A stretch of 42,143 nt of DNA from an uncultured Candidatus Saccharibacteria bacterium (GTDB lineage Bacteria > Patescibacteriota > Minisyncoccia > Phycocordibacterales > WO2-35-19): contig CAZFHL010000003.1 of the NCBI GenBank assembly GCA_964519145.1, positions 1-42,143 of the forward strand, in the 5' to 3' direction. Shown here one piece after another: positions 1 through 7,446 of this stretch. Below the pieces are notes generated by a model that was not told where the DNA came from, did not search any database, and saw only the letters and a program-made list of their open reading frames with translations. Position numbers and translations under genes: made by a program. Positions within the stretch are counted from its first letter, which is position 1; each line of letters opens with the position of its first letter.

Positions 1-1
1 T

Positions 2-55
2 GAAAAACTAAAGAAACAAATAGAAGAAGCTGGAGGAAAAGTTACACTTAAATAA
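2..55 (+). CDS. rplL: 3' end of ribosomal protein L7/L12 gene (partial, begins left of the window)
   Basis: Reading from nt 2 gives EKLKKQIEEAGGKVTLK-stop (taa 53-55). The ..EEAGa.V.lK ending is the typical L7/L12 C-terminus. Only 17 codons are visible. Confidence 0.5.
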   Translation, partial: EKLKKQIEEAGGKVTLK

Positions 56-80
56 CATATTATTTAAAACATATAAATAG

Positions 81-110
81 AAAGCCTTGCCAAGTTTATG
101 GCAGGGCTTT
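81..110 (+). terminator. hairpin downstream of rplL (weak intrinsic terminator candidate)
   Basis: aaagccttgcc (81-91) pairs with ggcagggcttt (100-110) with one G-U. Only a short T run follows. Confidence 0.4.
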
Positions 111-188
111 CTATGTCTGATATGGGTCATTTTGAAATATTTGATTTGCTTGCTAGAATTCAAAATATAAATTTAATTTAGAAATAAT

Positions 189-809
189 ATGGACATTTTA
201 GAAAAGCTTTTTGGGAGTTCTGCCAAAGTAAAGATAATAAAATTATATTTGTTAAATCCTGAAATGGTTTTTGATATACCTACAGCTTCTGAGAGAGCCA
301 AGGTCTCAATTTCTGGTGCAAGGACAGAAATAAACAATTTAGAAAAGATTGGTTTTTTGAAACAGAAATCCTATTTTAAAGATGTAAAGATTCAAAGAAA
401 TAGAACAGTTGAGAGTTTTAAAAAAAGAGTAAATGGCTGGACACTTGATCAAAAGTTTCCTCATATAAAATCTCTAGAGTCTTTTCTTTCAAATATAAAT
501 CCGTTTGAACATAAAGAGATAATAAACAAGATATCTAAATCTGGAAAAATTCAACTTCTTGTTATTTCTGGCATCTTCATAAAAAATGAAGATTCAAGAG
601 CTGATCTGCTTATTGTAGGTGACAATATAAAGTTAAGTCATTTGGACAATACCATAAAGATAATTGAATCAGAGATTGGCAAAGAAATAAGATATGTTGT
701 TTTTGAGACAAACGAATTTAAGTATAGATTATCTGTATTTGATAAATTAGTTAGGGATATTTTAGATTATTCTCATGAAAAGATTATAAATAAATTAAAT
801 ATAGAATAG
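189..809 (+). CDS. hypothetical protein, possible N-terminal winged-helix DNA-binding domain
   Basis: 206-aa ORF in the host AT-rich codon style. The N-terminus (KVKIIKLYLLNPEMVFDIPTASERAKVSISGARTEINNLEKIGFL) looks wHTH-like. No catalytic motif recognised. Confidence 0.55.
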   Translation: MDILEKLFGSSAKVKIIKLYLLNPEMVFDIPTASERAKVSISGARTEINNLEKIGFLKQKSYFKDVKIQRNRTVESFKKRVNGWTLDQKFPHIKSLESFLSNINPFEHKEIINKISKSGKIQLLVISGIFIKNEDSRADLLIVGDNIKLSHLDNTIKIIESEIGKEIRYVVFETNEFKYRLSVFDKLVRDILDYSHEKIINKLNIE

Positions 810-870
810 TCGCCCATACTTTAAGTCATATTTTTAGTATAAGTTGGAGGCAGAATCCAGGATTCAAAAC

Positions 871-900
871 TTGACTTTTTAGGTTATTCTGTGATATAAT
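871..900 (+). promoter_or_regulatory. sigma70-like promoter for the G+C-rich gene at 1116
   Basis: TTGACT (871-876), 18-nt spacer, TATAAT (895-900). It would give a ~200-nt leader. Confidence 0.55.
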
Positions 901-927
901 AGGGTATAGAAATTGAAATAATCTTTC

Positions 928-1019
928 ATGTGGTCATAGCTAAAAGTTGCTTAAATATAGGTAATTCACAATAATTCAAAGAAATTAAGTATTTTTTAGC
1001 TATGACTACCAATGTGGTC
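928..1019 (+). repeat. AT-rich hairpin element in the leader, flanked by 8-bp direct repeat atgtggtc
   Basis: gtggtcatagctaaaa (930-945) pairs with ttttagctatgactac (994-1009), 1 mismatch, 48-nt loop. atgtggtc occurs at 928-935 and 1012-1019. The sequence turns G+C-rich right after the second copy. Confidence 0.5.
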
Positions 1020-1115
1020 GTCCTCTAGCATCGCACAACAACCTGCCGTAATCACAGCTCCCTGCTTAACAGGTGGGGAAACAATGCCGACTAACAGTCG
1101 GAGAAGGAAAATATT

Positions 1116-1700
1116 ATGTCGAAATATAATGTATATGTTGAAGATGTGAGCATTGAGGCTCTCTTCAATAAGCTTGGTGGTGTCCGTAGAGTCAAGCGGT
1201 TCCTCGCAGGCAAACTGCTGTTGGTGGAGGCAATGAAGCCAGAGCCACCGTCGGAACCGGCATCGGATTTCATCATCCGTGTGGACCGCTCATTGAGGCC
1301 GAGCTACCCAGACTGGATGAAGAAGTTGAAGCACCCGAATTTGGAGTGCTCGGGACCAGCTGAATACGACCTCTCAAGTGTTGAGCTGTGGTTCCACGAT
1401 GGTCAGCATAGCGGTTCGGTGGATGGCAACACCATCTACAAGCACTTGCAGAAGAACAACGATCTCACCTCGTGCTTGAACCTCCAAGACGGGCTCGCAA
1501 TTCAACAGAAGGGTATCGCCGTGTTCCGTAATTTGTTCGCGGACAAGAAGGTGTTCCTGTGGGGCTCGGTCGTGCAGAGCCGCTACAGTCAACTGATGGT
1601 CCCGTATCTCTACGACAACAGCTACGAGGTTGAATTGAATTGGTTCTGGCTGGACTATAACTGGTACTTGGAATATCCCGCTCTCCTATTCAGTAAGTAG
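1116..1700 (+). CDS. G+C-rich orphan protein (194 aa), function unknown
   Basis: ORF preceded by ggagaaggaaaatattATG (RBS). Composition contrasts strongly with the AT-rich flanks. No motif I can name. Trp/Tyr-rich C-terminus (VELNWFWLDYNWYLEYPALLF). Confidence 0.7.
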   Translation: MSKYNVYVEDVSIEALFNKLGGVRRVKRFLAGKLLLVEAMKPEPPSEPASDFIIRVDRSLRPSYPDWMKKLKHPNLECSGPAEYDLSSVELWFHDGQHSGSVDGNTIYKHLQKNNDLTSCLNLQDGLAIQQKGIAVFRNLFADKKVFLWGSVVQSRYSQLMVPYLYDNSYEVELNWFWLDYNWYLEYPALLFSK

Positions 1701-1769
1701 CACTCTGGACTTAGGTCTTAGATCTCTAATAGCTCAGATAATTTGACCTTAGTCCGCGACTTTGTTTTA

Positions 1770-1812
1770 CCCCCGCATTGGTTTTCGGACCGGTGTGGGG
1801 TTTTCTTTTTTT
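1770..1812 (+). terminator. intrinsic terminator of the G+C-rich gene
   Basis: cccccgcattgg..ccggtgtgggg stem (G-U pairs allowed) ending at 1800, followed by ttttcttttttt. Confidence 0.65.
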
Positions 1813-1926
1813 ATTTTATATTAAAAACTTTTAGCATATTGATTATCCACAAATTATTGTTGAAAATATATTTATTAAGAGTATATTTTATGGTGTAATT
1901 ATTAGTATTATTAAAAATTAACAAAT

Positions 1927-2613
1927 ATGACATTAGATACTTGGAGTGAAGTCCTCACTCTCTCATTTAGAAATCTTTGGGTTGGTGTAGTTGGTTTTGT
2001 ACCAAATTTGGTTATCGCTATTGTAATCGTTTTGCTTGGCTGGGGTATAGGAGCATTATTTGGAAGAGTTGTTTCTCAAATTATTAAAGCTATTAAAATA
2101 GATGAAGCTTTAAGAAAAGCTGGGGTAGAATCATTTTTAAATAGAGGTGGACTTGATTTGAATGCAGGCAATTTTTTGGGTGGCTTAGTTAAGTGGTTTA
2201 TCATGGTTGTCTTTTTGGTGGGAGCATTTGATGTATTAAAACTATCTCAAGTCACAATGTTTTTGAGAGATATATTAGTTTATCTTCCTCAAGTTATTGT
2301 AGCGGTACTTATACTTATAGTCGCAGGCATTGTAGCTGATGCTATGAAAAAAGTAGTACTATCTTCTGCTATGACAGCAAATATTACTTCTGCACCATTT
2401 TTAGCAACTGTTACTAAGTGGGTGATATGGGTATTTGCAATACTAGTAGCTCTTTCTCAATTAGGTATAGCTTCTGGTTTCGTACAAACAATATTTACAG
2501 GTTTGGTGGTGGCTCTATCTTTAGGTTTGGGTCTTTCTTTTGGTTTAGGTGGGCAAGAGGCTGCTTCTAGAGTTATAGAAAAAATAGGTAAAGAAATATC
2601 AGATAAAAAATAA
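1927..2613 (+). CDS. integral membrane protein with repeated TM-helix modules (MscS-N-terminal-like 'conserved TM helix' type)
   Basis: 228 aa with about 6 hydrophobic segments and repeated ..G.....V..L..W.I..... modules. Family-level guess only. Confidence 0.55.
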   Translation: MTLDTWSEVLTLSFRNLWVGVVGFVPNLVIAIVIVLLGWGIGALFGRVVSQIIKAIKIDEALRKAGVESFLNRGGLDLNAGNFLGGLVKWFIMVVFLVGAFDVLKLSQVTMFLRDILVYLPQVIVAVLILIVAGIVADAMKKVVLSSAMTANITSAPFLATVTKWVIWVFAILVALSQLGIASGFVQTIFTGLVVALSLGLGLSFGLGGQEAASRVIEKIGKEISDKK

Positions 2614-2635
2614 ATTAAGTTTTTAAATTTAAACT

Positions 2636-2668
2636 AAAAAATAGCCTTTTCAGGCTATTTTTTAGTTT
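2636..2668 (+). terminator. intrinsic terminator
   Basis: aaaaaatagcc / ggctatttttt hairpin (atagcc 2641-2646 with ggctat 2653-2658) plus a T run. Confidence 0.7.
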
Positions 2669-2713
2669 TCCACAGATAGTCCACATATATAATTTTTTCT
2701 ATATAATTTATGC

Positions 2714-2741
2714 TTGACATATTTTAAAATCCGATTATACT
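2714..2741 (+). promoter_or_regulatory. candidate promoter upstream of the 23S-5S unit
   Basis: TTGACA (2714-2719), 16-nt spacer, TATACT (2736-2741), about 410 nt upstream of the 23S 5' end. The leader in between is hairpin-rich. Confidence 0.4.
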
Positions 2742-3425
2742 TACGGGTACATATGTTGATTATGTTGATTAATTATAGAGCGTATAAAAGGTGAATATCC
2801 TTTTTGTTTTTGTAAACACGCTCTATAAGAAAGAGCGTTTTTTGTTTAAAAAATTCAATATCCTCATATTTTAAAAATCTAAACATTTTTAGAAGATGAG
2901 GGTAGAGAATACAGTTTTGTTTGAGAGAATGAATTTTGACAAATAACCCTAAAAGTCTGAAAAGATGATTAGGTATATGCCATTGCAACATCGCTTTTAG
3001 ATTAAAATCTAAGGGGTCTTTGTTTGTTGTAAATGGAAAAACTATATAGACTTTTTATTTGGTCTTATATAGCAGAGTAAAATAAAATAAAAATCAATTA
3101 TTTCTTCAAGATGATTGATTTAAAATATTTCTAAAACATTCAGAACAGAGTTGTTCTGGTGGATAGGAAGTTAAGAGCATATGGTGGATGCCTTGGCTAG
3201 AAAAAGCGATGAAGGACGTGAGCTGGCTACGATAAGCTTCGGGGAGGTGCCTAGCAACCTTTGATCCGGAGATGTCCGAATGGGGAAACCCAACTTGCTT
3301 GCAAGTTATCCTGAGCGTAAGCGAAGGATGCAAACCCTGGGAAGTAAAACATTTCAGTACCAGGAGGAAAAGAAACCAAAAAGTATTCCGTAAGTAGCGG
3401 CGAGCGAAAGCGGAGAAGCCCAGAG

Positions 3426-3560
3426 CGTGCGAAACACATAGTTTGTAAAGTTAAAAGTTCATAAAGTTCATAAAGTTTTTAAAGTAGAAAATAAAATTTT
3501 TACTTTATAACTTTTTACTTTATAACTTTATAGACTTTGTGATTTATGTGTTTCGCATGC
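3426..3560 (+). repeat. long AT-rich palindromic hairpin (ataaagt family) inserted in a domain I variable helix of 23S
   Basis: gcgtgcgaaacacata / tatgtgtttcgcatgc base stem encloses arms built of ..ataaagtt.. / ..aactttat.. repeats. The core aaagtttttaaagta-loop-tactttataac is shared with the hairpins at 8356-8452 and 8614-8709. Confidence 0.75.
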
Positions 3561-3767
3561 AGTTGTAAGACGACAACTTCGTATTTATACGAGGAAAGTT
3601 ACAAAATTATTTATTAGAAGAAACTTCTGGAAAGAAGTACCCTAGAGGGTAATAGTCCCGTAATTTAAAATAAATAATCTTTCTTGTTGTTGTTCTTGAG
3701 TACCTCGAGACACGAGTAGCTCGGGGGAATCTACCGGAACTAACCGGTAAGGCTAAATATTTTTCTA

Positions 3768-3809
<42 letters not shown>

Positions 3810-3870
3810 GCCCGGTGAGGGCGGTGAAATAGACCTGAAACTATATGCTTACAAGGAGTCAGAGCGGGTT

Positions 3871-4156
3871 GCATAATGTATAAAATTTTACTCTAAATAA
3901 TGGGGAGATGGAGTCACCCAATCATTCAGAATGGAAAACTAAAAGGAATCTTGGATTAAGACAAACAGCAGTCGCGCTCTGTTGGTTTTGACCAAGAAAG
4001 ACAGAAAGATTATTCTGGGTCATTTTTGGTTGGGTTAAGTTTCCAATACATGAGCTCATGTTTGGTAACAAAATCCTATCATTCCCAGGGGTAGGATTGT
4101 TCTGCAGAGCAATCCTACCCACCCATTATTTAGAGTAAAATTTTTATATATTATGC
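3871..4156 (+). other. intervening sequence (IVS) in 23S helix 25
   Basis: gcataatgtataaaattttactctaaataatgggg (3871-) and cccattatttagagtaaaatttttatatattatgc (-4156) form a ~35-bp stem. It replaces the tip of the helix between caaggagtcagagcgggtt and agtccgtcatggcgtgcc (E. coli ~540-550 region, a classic IVS site). The 210-nt core is itself hairpin-rich, e.g. gggtaggattg..caatcctaccc. Confidence 0.8.
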
Positions 4157-4817
4157 AGTCCGTCATGGCGTGCCTATTGAAGAATGAGCCAACGAGTTAA
4201 TTTATGCGGCTTGCCAAAGCAGTCGACCTGCAGAGGCTAAGTGAAAGCGAGCGTGAATAGCGCGCAATTTGTCGTATATATTAGACCCGAAGCCAGGTGA
4301 GCTTGCCATGGGCAGGGTGAAGTCATTCGAAAGAATGATGGAGGCCCGAACCGGTTGGTCGTGCGATTCCTTCGGATGACCTGTGGTAAGGAGTGAAAAG
4401 CTAATCGAACCTGGTAATAGCTGGTTCTCTCCGAAAGAGCTTTTGGGTTCGCGTCATGCGTTCCTTGCGGGGGTAGAGCACTGGAAGGTCTCGACAGGGA
4501 GAAATCTCGCGAGACCTATCAAACTCCGAATACTGCAAGTAAAAAGTATGACAGTTAGACGGCGGGGGCTAAGCTCCGTTCGTCAAAAGGGAAACAGCCC
4601 AGATCTCTATTTAAGGTCCCTAAATCATAGCTAAGTACACTTAAGGTGGTGACATTTCTCCGACAATGAGGAGGTTGGCTTAGAAGCAGCCATCCTTTAA
4701 AGAAAGCGTAACAGCTCACTCATTCAGAGATTTTGCGCCGAAGATAATCGGGGTTAAGCTATGTACCGAAACTGAGGGTTTGTAAACCTCATCAAAGATT
4801 TGTTCTTTTTGTTTTGT

Positions 4818-4905
4818 GGGGGGATGGCGGAATTGGTAGACGCAACGGACTTAAAATCCGTTGGATATTATATCCGTACGGGTTCGATTCCCGTTCCCCC
4901 TACCA
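4818..4905 (+). tRNA. tRNA-Leu (anticodon UAA), class II with long variable arm, CCA encoded
   Basis: Hand-folded cloverleaf:
- acceptor gggggga/tccccct (G1-U72 wobble)
- D arm gcg-gaattggtaga-cgc
- anticodon stem acgga/tccgt with loop cttaaaa
- variable arm ggata-tta-tatcc
- T arm acggg-ttcgatt-cccgt
- discriminator a, then cca. Confidence 0.85.
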
Positions 4906-4923
4906 CCACTTTTGGTAGAAAGT

Positions 4924-4999
4924 GGGCTTATAGCTCAATGGTTAGAGCAGTCGGCTCATAATCGATTGGTTCTCGGTTCAAGTCCGAGTAAGCCCACCA
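4924..4999 (+). tRNA. tRNA with CAU anticodon (elongator Met or lysidine-dependent Ile2, not initiator), CCA encoded
   Basis: Hand-folded cloverleaf:
- acceptor gggctta/taagccc with a paired 1-72
- D arm gctc-aatggtta-gagc
- anticodon stem gtcgg/tcgat with loop ctcataa
- T arm ctcgg-ttcaagt-ccgag
There is no GGG/CCC run in the anticodon stem, so it is not an initiator. Confidence 0.8.
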
Positions 5000-5040
5000 G
5001 TTTCTTCTAAAAGTTTGGTGAAGGTGTCGGTTTGGTATGT

Positions 5041-5116
5041 GGCCAGTTAGCTCAGATGGAAGAGCAGTGGCCCGATAAGCCACAGGTCGTAGGTTCGAGC
5101 CCTACACTGGCCACCA
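5041..5116 (+). tRNA. tRNA-Ile (anticodon GAU), CCA encoded, with C instead of U at position 33
   Basis: Hand-folded cloverleaf:
- acceptor ggccagt/actggcc
- D arm gctc-agatggaa-gagc
- anticodon stem gtggc/gccac with loop ccgataa
- T arm gtagg-ttcgagc-cctac. Confidence 0.8.
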
Positions 5117-5932
5117 AAATCCAAACAATTTTGACACAATTTTTTTCTGATTTTTTGAAAATCGGATCTTTGATGAGGTTTACAAGCGGTAGGAGAGTAT
5201 TCATAACCGCAGTGAAGCTGAAGGGGTGACCCACAGTGGAGCGTTATGAAGTAAGAATGTTGGCACAAGTAACCACAATGACGCTGAAAACGCGTCACGC
5301 CGAAAGACTAAGGTTTCCTTTCCGATGTCAATCAGGGAAGGGTTAGTCGGTCCTAAGGAGATGACGAAAGTCGCATCCGATGGATTCACGGTTAATATTC
5401 CGTGACCTATATATATTTCGATGGAGGGACGGAGTGTAGTATGCAAAGCACATTATTGGATTTGATGTCTGTGTTGTAAAAATGTTGTGTAGGAAAATCC
5501 GCATAACTTGTTTTAATACAAAATTTAAGCAATATAGCAATTTGGAACTTCGGTTCTGAAGAGTTTGCAAAGCGCGCTTCCAAGAAAAACTTCTAAGATT
5601 AAATATATGTAGACCGTACCGTAAACCGACACAGGTAGTCAGGTCGAGAAGACCAAGGCGAACGAGTGAGATGTCCCCAAGGAACTCGGCAAAAAAGCGG
5701 CCGTACCTTCGGTATAAGGCCTGCCCCACACAAGTGGGGCCGCAGCTAAAGAATCCCTGGCGACTGTTTATCAAAAACACAGCTCCCTGCGAACTCGTAA
5801 GAGGATGTATAGGGGGTGACACCTGACCAATGCCAGAAGGTCAAACAACGACGTTGTGAGAGTCGCAAGATTTTCATGGTGATTGTTGTAAGCCCTGGTG
5901 AATGTCGGCAATAACTATAATTGTCCTAAGGT

Positions 5933-6170
5933 TTTGAGAATTTCATTTAATGAAGTTTTCAAAAGGACTGGGACAGTTATAGAGATAAATAGTTAGACAA
6001 AATTTAAGAGTAAAGAGACAAAATAAAGTTAGTTACACAAAAAAGAAGCTACCTAAATTACAGTAATGTAGTTTTAGTCCAAACATGACAAACAAGCGCA
6101 CCAACGTCATGGTCCCGAATCCCGCTAAGCGGGAAGGGAAAAGATAGAGTCCAACTTGAAGGAATAGTTG
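5933..6170 (+). mobile_element. group I intron at 23S site equivalent to E. coli 1931 (ORF-less, 238 nt)
   Basis: The exon reads cctaaggT|...G|agcgaaattcc and rejoins to the universal CCUAAGGUAGCGAAAUUCC. The 5' exon ends in U and the intron ends in G. A J8/7-P7-like motif aagatagagtcc lies at 6141-6152. The P1 guide was not confidently located. Confidence 0.65.
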
Positions 6171-6292
6171 AGCGAAATTCCTTGTCTGGTAATTGAATTG
6201 CCAGTTTCGAGAGCGATCTCGATAAAAAATTCGGCTTATAACGGTGGAGCCCGACTCGAAAGAAGGGTAATACCGTGGGAAGTTGTTCAGTA

Positions 6293-6427
6293 CTAATTTT
6301 TGGAAAGAAGAAAACCCCTCAGGGTTCTCTGGGGGGGTTTAGGATCGCGATTTGCCCAATATGTAACAATCGCAGAGATTATTACAGCTAAAAAAGGTAG
6401 GATCAAAAAAAGCGATTCGTTGTTCAT
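6293..6427 (-). CDS. small hydrophobic peptide (44 aa) encoded antisense to the rRNA: MNNESLFLILPFLAVIISAIVTYWANRDPKPPQRTLRGFLLSKN
   Basis: ATG at 6427 is preceded by gagga plus 7 nt. The peptide has one predicted TM helix followed by a basic tail. It uses the same frame as track ORF 6293..6475, whose listed start is the TTG of the -35 box. An imperfect GC hairpin plus a T run overlaps the last codons. Confidence 0.5.
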   Translation of the reverse strand: MNNESLFLILPFLAVIISAIVTYWANRDPKPPQRTLRGFLLSKN

Positions 6428-6445
6428 GTAGGTATCCTCTGGAAG

Positions 6446-6475
6446 GATATAAACATAGCAGAGATTAATTGTCAA
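6446..6475 (-). promoter_or_regulatory. candidate promoter of peptide A
   Basis: Minus strand: TTGACA (6475-6470), 18-nt spacer, TATATC (6451-6446). The -10 element is only moderate. Confidence 0.4.
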
Positions 6476-6577
6476 TAATATTTTGACTCCAAAAATTAGT
6501 ACTGAATTAACCCCGTAACGACTTATGTACCACTAACTAGTGGCGCATAGATAGCTTAGGTAATACAATTATATTGT

Positions 6578-7063
6578 ATGAACAGCTATAACACGCCGAC
6601 TCTGCGAAGAGAGCTCGCAAACTACATCTCCGGATATGTTGATGGAGAAGGATGTTTCTCTGTTTCGGTATCGAAACGAGAGAAATTAAAAATCGGATGG
6701 GAAGTGAAGCCAAGTTTCTGTGTCGGTCAAAATTATGATCGGCGCGAAGTACTTGACCTCATGATTGTTTACTTCGGTTGCGGTCATATACGCCGCGATT
6801 GGGGAGACAGAACCCTGAAGTATGAAGTGAGAAAGATTAACGATCTCTTAGAGAAAGTCATTCCACACTTTGAAAAATTTCCTTTAAAGTCAGCAAAGCA
6901 AAAAGATTTCCTGCGGTTTGCAGAAATCTGCCGTCAGATGAAAGTTTTAGAGCACCACAAAGTGAGCGGTTTGAGAAAAATTCTCAAAAGCGCTTACAAG
7001 ATGAATGGATCAGGGAAGCGCAAGTTACCTTTATCCATGATTCTCAAAACAATTCGCAGATGA
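6578..7063 (+). CDS. LAGLIDADG homing endonuclease (single-motif, homodimer type)
   Basis: 161 aa with LANYISGYVDGEGCFSV (LAGLIDADG motif) near the N-terminus. It lies inside the group I intron, and its stop codon overlaps the intron core motif. Confidence 0.85.
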   Translation: MNSYNTPTLRRELANYISGYVDGEGCFSVSVSKREKLKIGWEVKPSFCVGQNYDRREVLDLMIVYFGCGHIRRDWGDRTLKYEVRKINDLLEKVIPHFEKFPLKSAKQKDFLRFAEICRQMKVLEHHKVSGLRKILKSAYKMNGSGKRKLPLSMILKTIRR

Positions 7064-7446
7064 AGATATAGTCTAATGCCTACAGTAATGTGGGGTAGGA
7101 GATTCTGCTCGCGCGGGCAGAATAGTCAAACTCAAATGAAGTTCAGACGCGCACGAATGGTGTAACGACTGGGGAACTGTCTCGGGGACTCGCTCGGTGA
7201 AAATACAGTACCGGTGAAGATGCCGGTTACCTGCAGTTAGACGAAAAGACCCCGGAAGCTTTACTGTAATTTGGCATTGAGGATATGTTTTTACTGCGTA
7301 GCATAGGTGGGAGGATTTGAAGTTTGCCTTTTGGGGCAGATGGATCCGTCAGTGAAATACCACTCTGTATTGACATATTTTCTAACCTGTTCGGCAAAAA
7401 CGGACAGAGACAGTGCCTGATGGGCAGTTTTAGTGGGGCGCTATCC

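Larger units (their letters stand above)
4782..5183 (+). other. intervening sequence in 23S helix 45 carrying three tRNA genes
   Basis: Perfect 18-bp inverted repeat gtaaacctcatcaaagat (4782-4799) / atctttgatgaggtttac (5166-5183). It lies between ..gtaccgaaactgagggt and gcggtaggagagta.. (E. coli ~1165-1190). Confidence 0.85.
6286..6506 (-). mobile_element. inverted-repeat-bounded mini-cassette A nested in the L1951 intron
   Basis: Perfect 19-bp IR ttcagtactaatttttgga (6286-6304) / tccaaaaattagtactgaa (6488-6506). It shares the termini aatttttggaaa.. and ttgactccaaaaatt with cassette B. Confidence 0.7.
6191..7138 (+). mobile_element. group I intron at 23S site equivalent to E. coli 1951, carrying a LAGLIDADG ORF and a nested antisense cassette
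   Basis: The exon ccttgtctggT|...aaatG|aagttcagacgcgcacgaatgg rejoins to the universal CCUUGUCGGGUAAGUUCCGAC. P1 pairs ctggt (6186-6190) with gccag (6200-6204). The core motif aagatatagtc lies at 7063-7073. Confidence 0.8.

Noticed and set aside
1058-1072. 13-nt identity (cacagctccctgc) between the island-1 leader and 23S (~5780)
   Set aside because: Matches of this length are expected by chance many times when comparing a 42-kb window with itself on both strands. The flanks do not align.
2773-2991. Track ORF 2773..2991 (minus strand) in the rRNA leader
   Set aside because: It lies in an AT-rich, hairpin-rich leader region, has no RBS, and has low-complexity composition.
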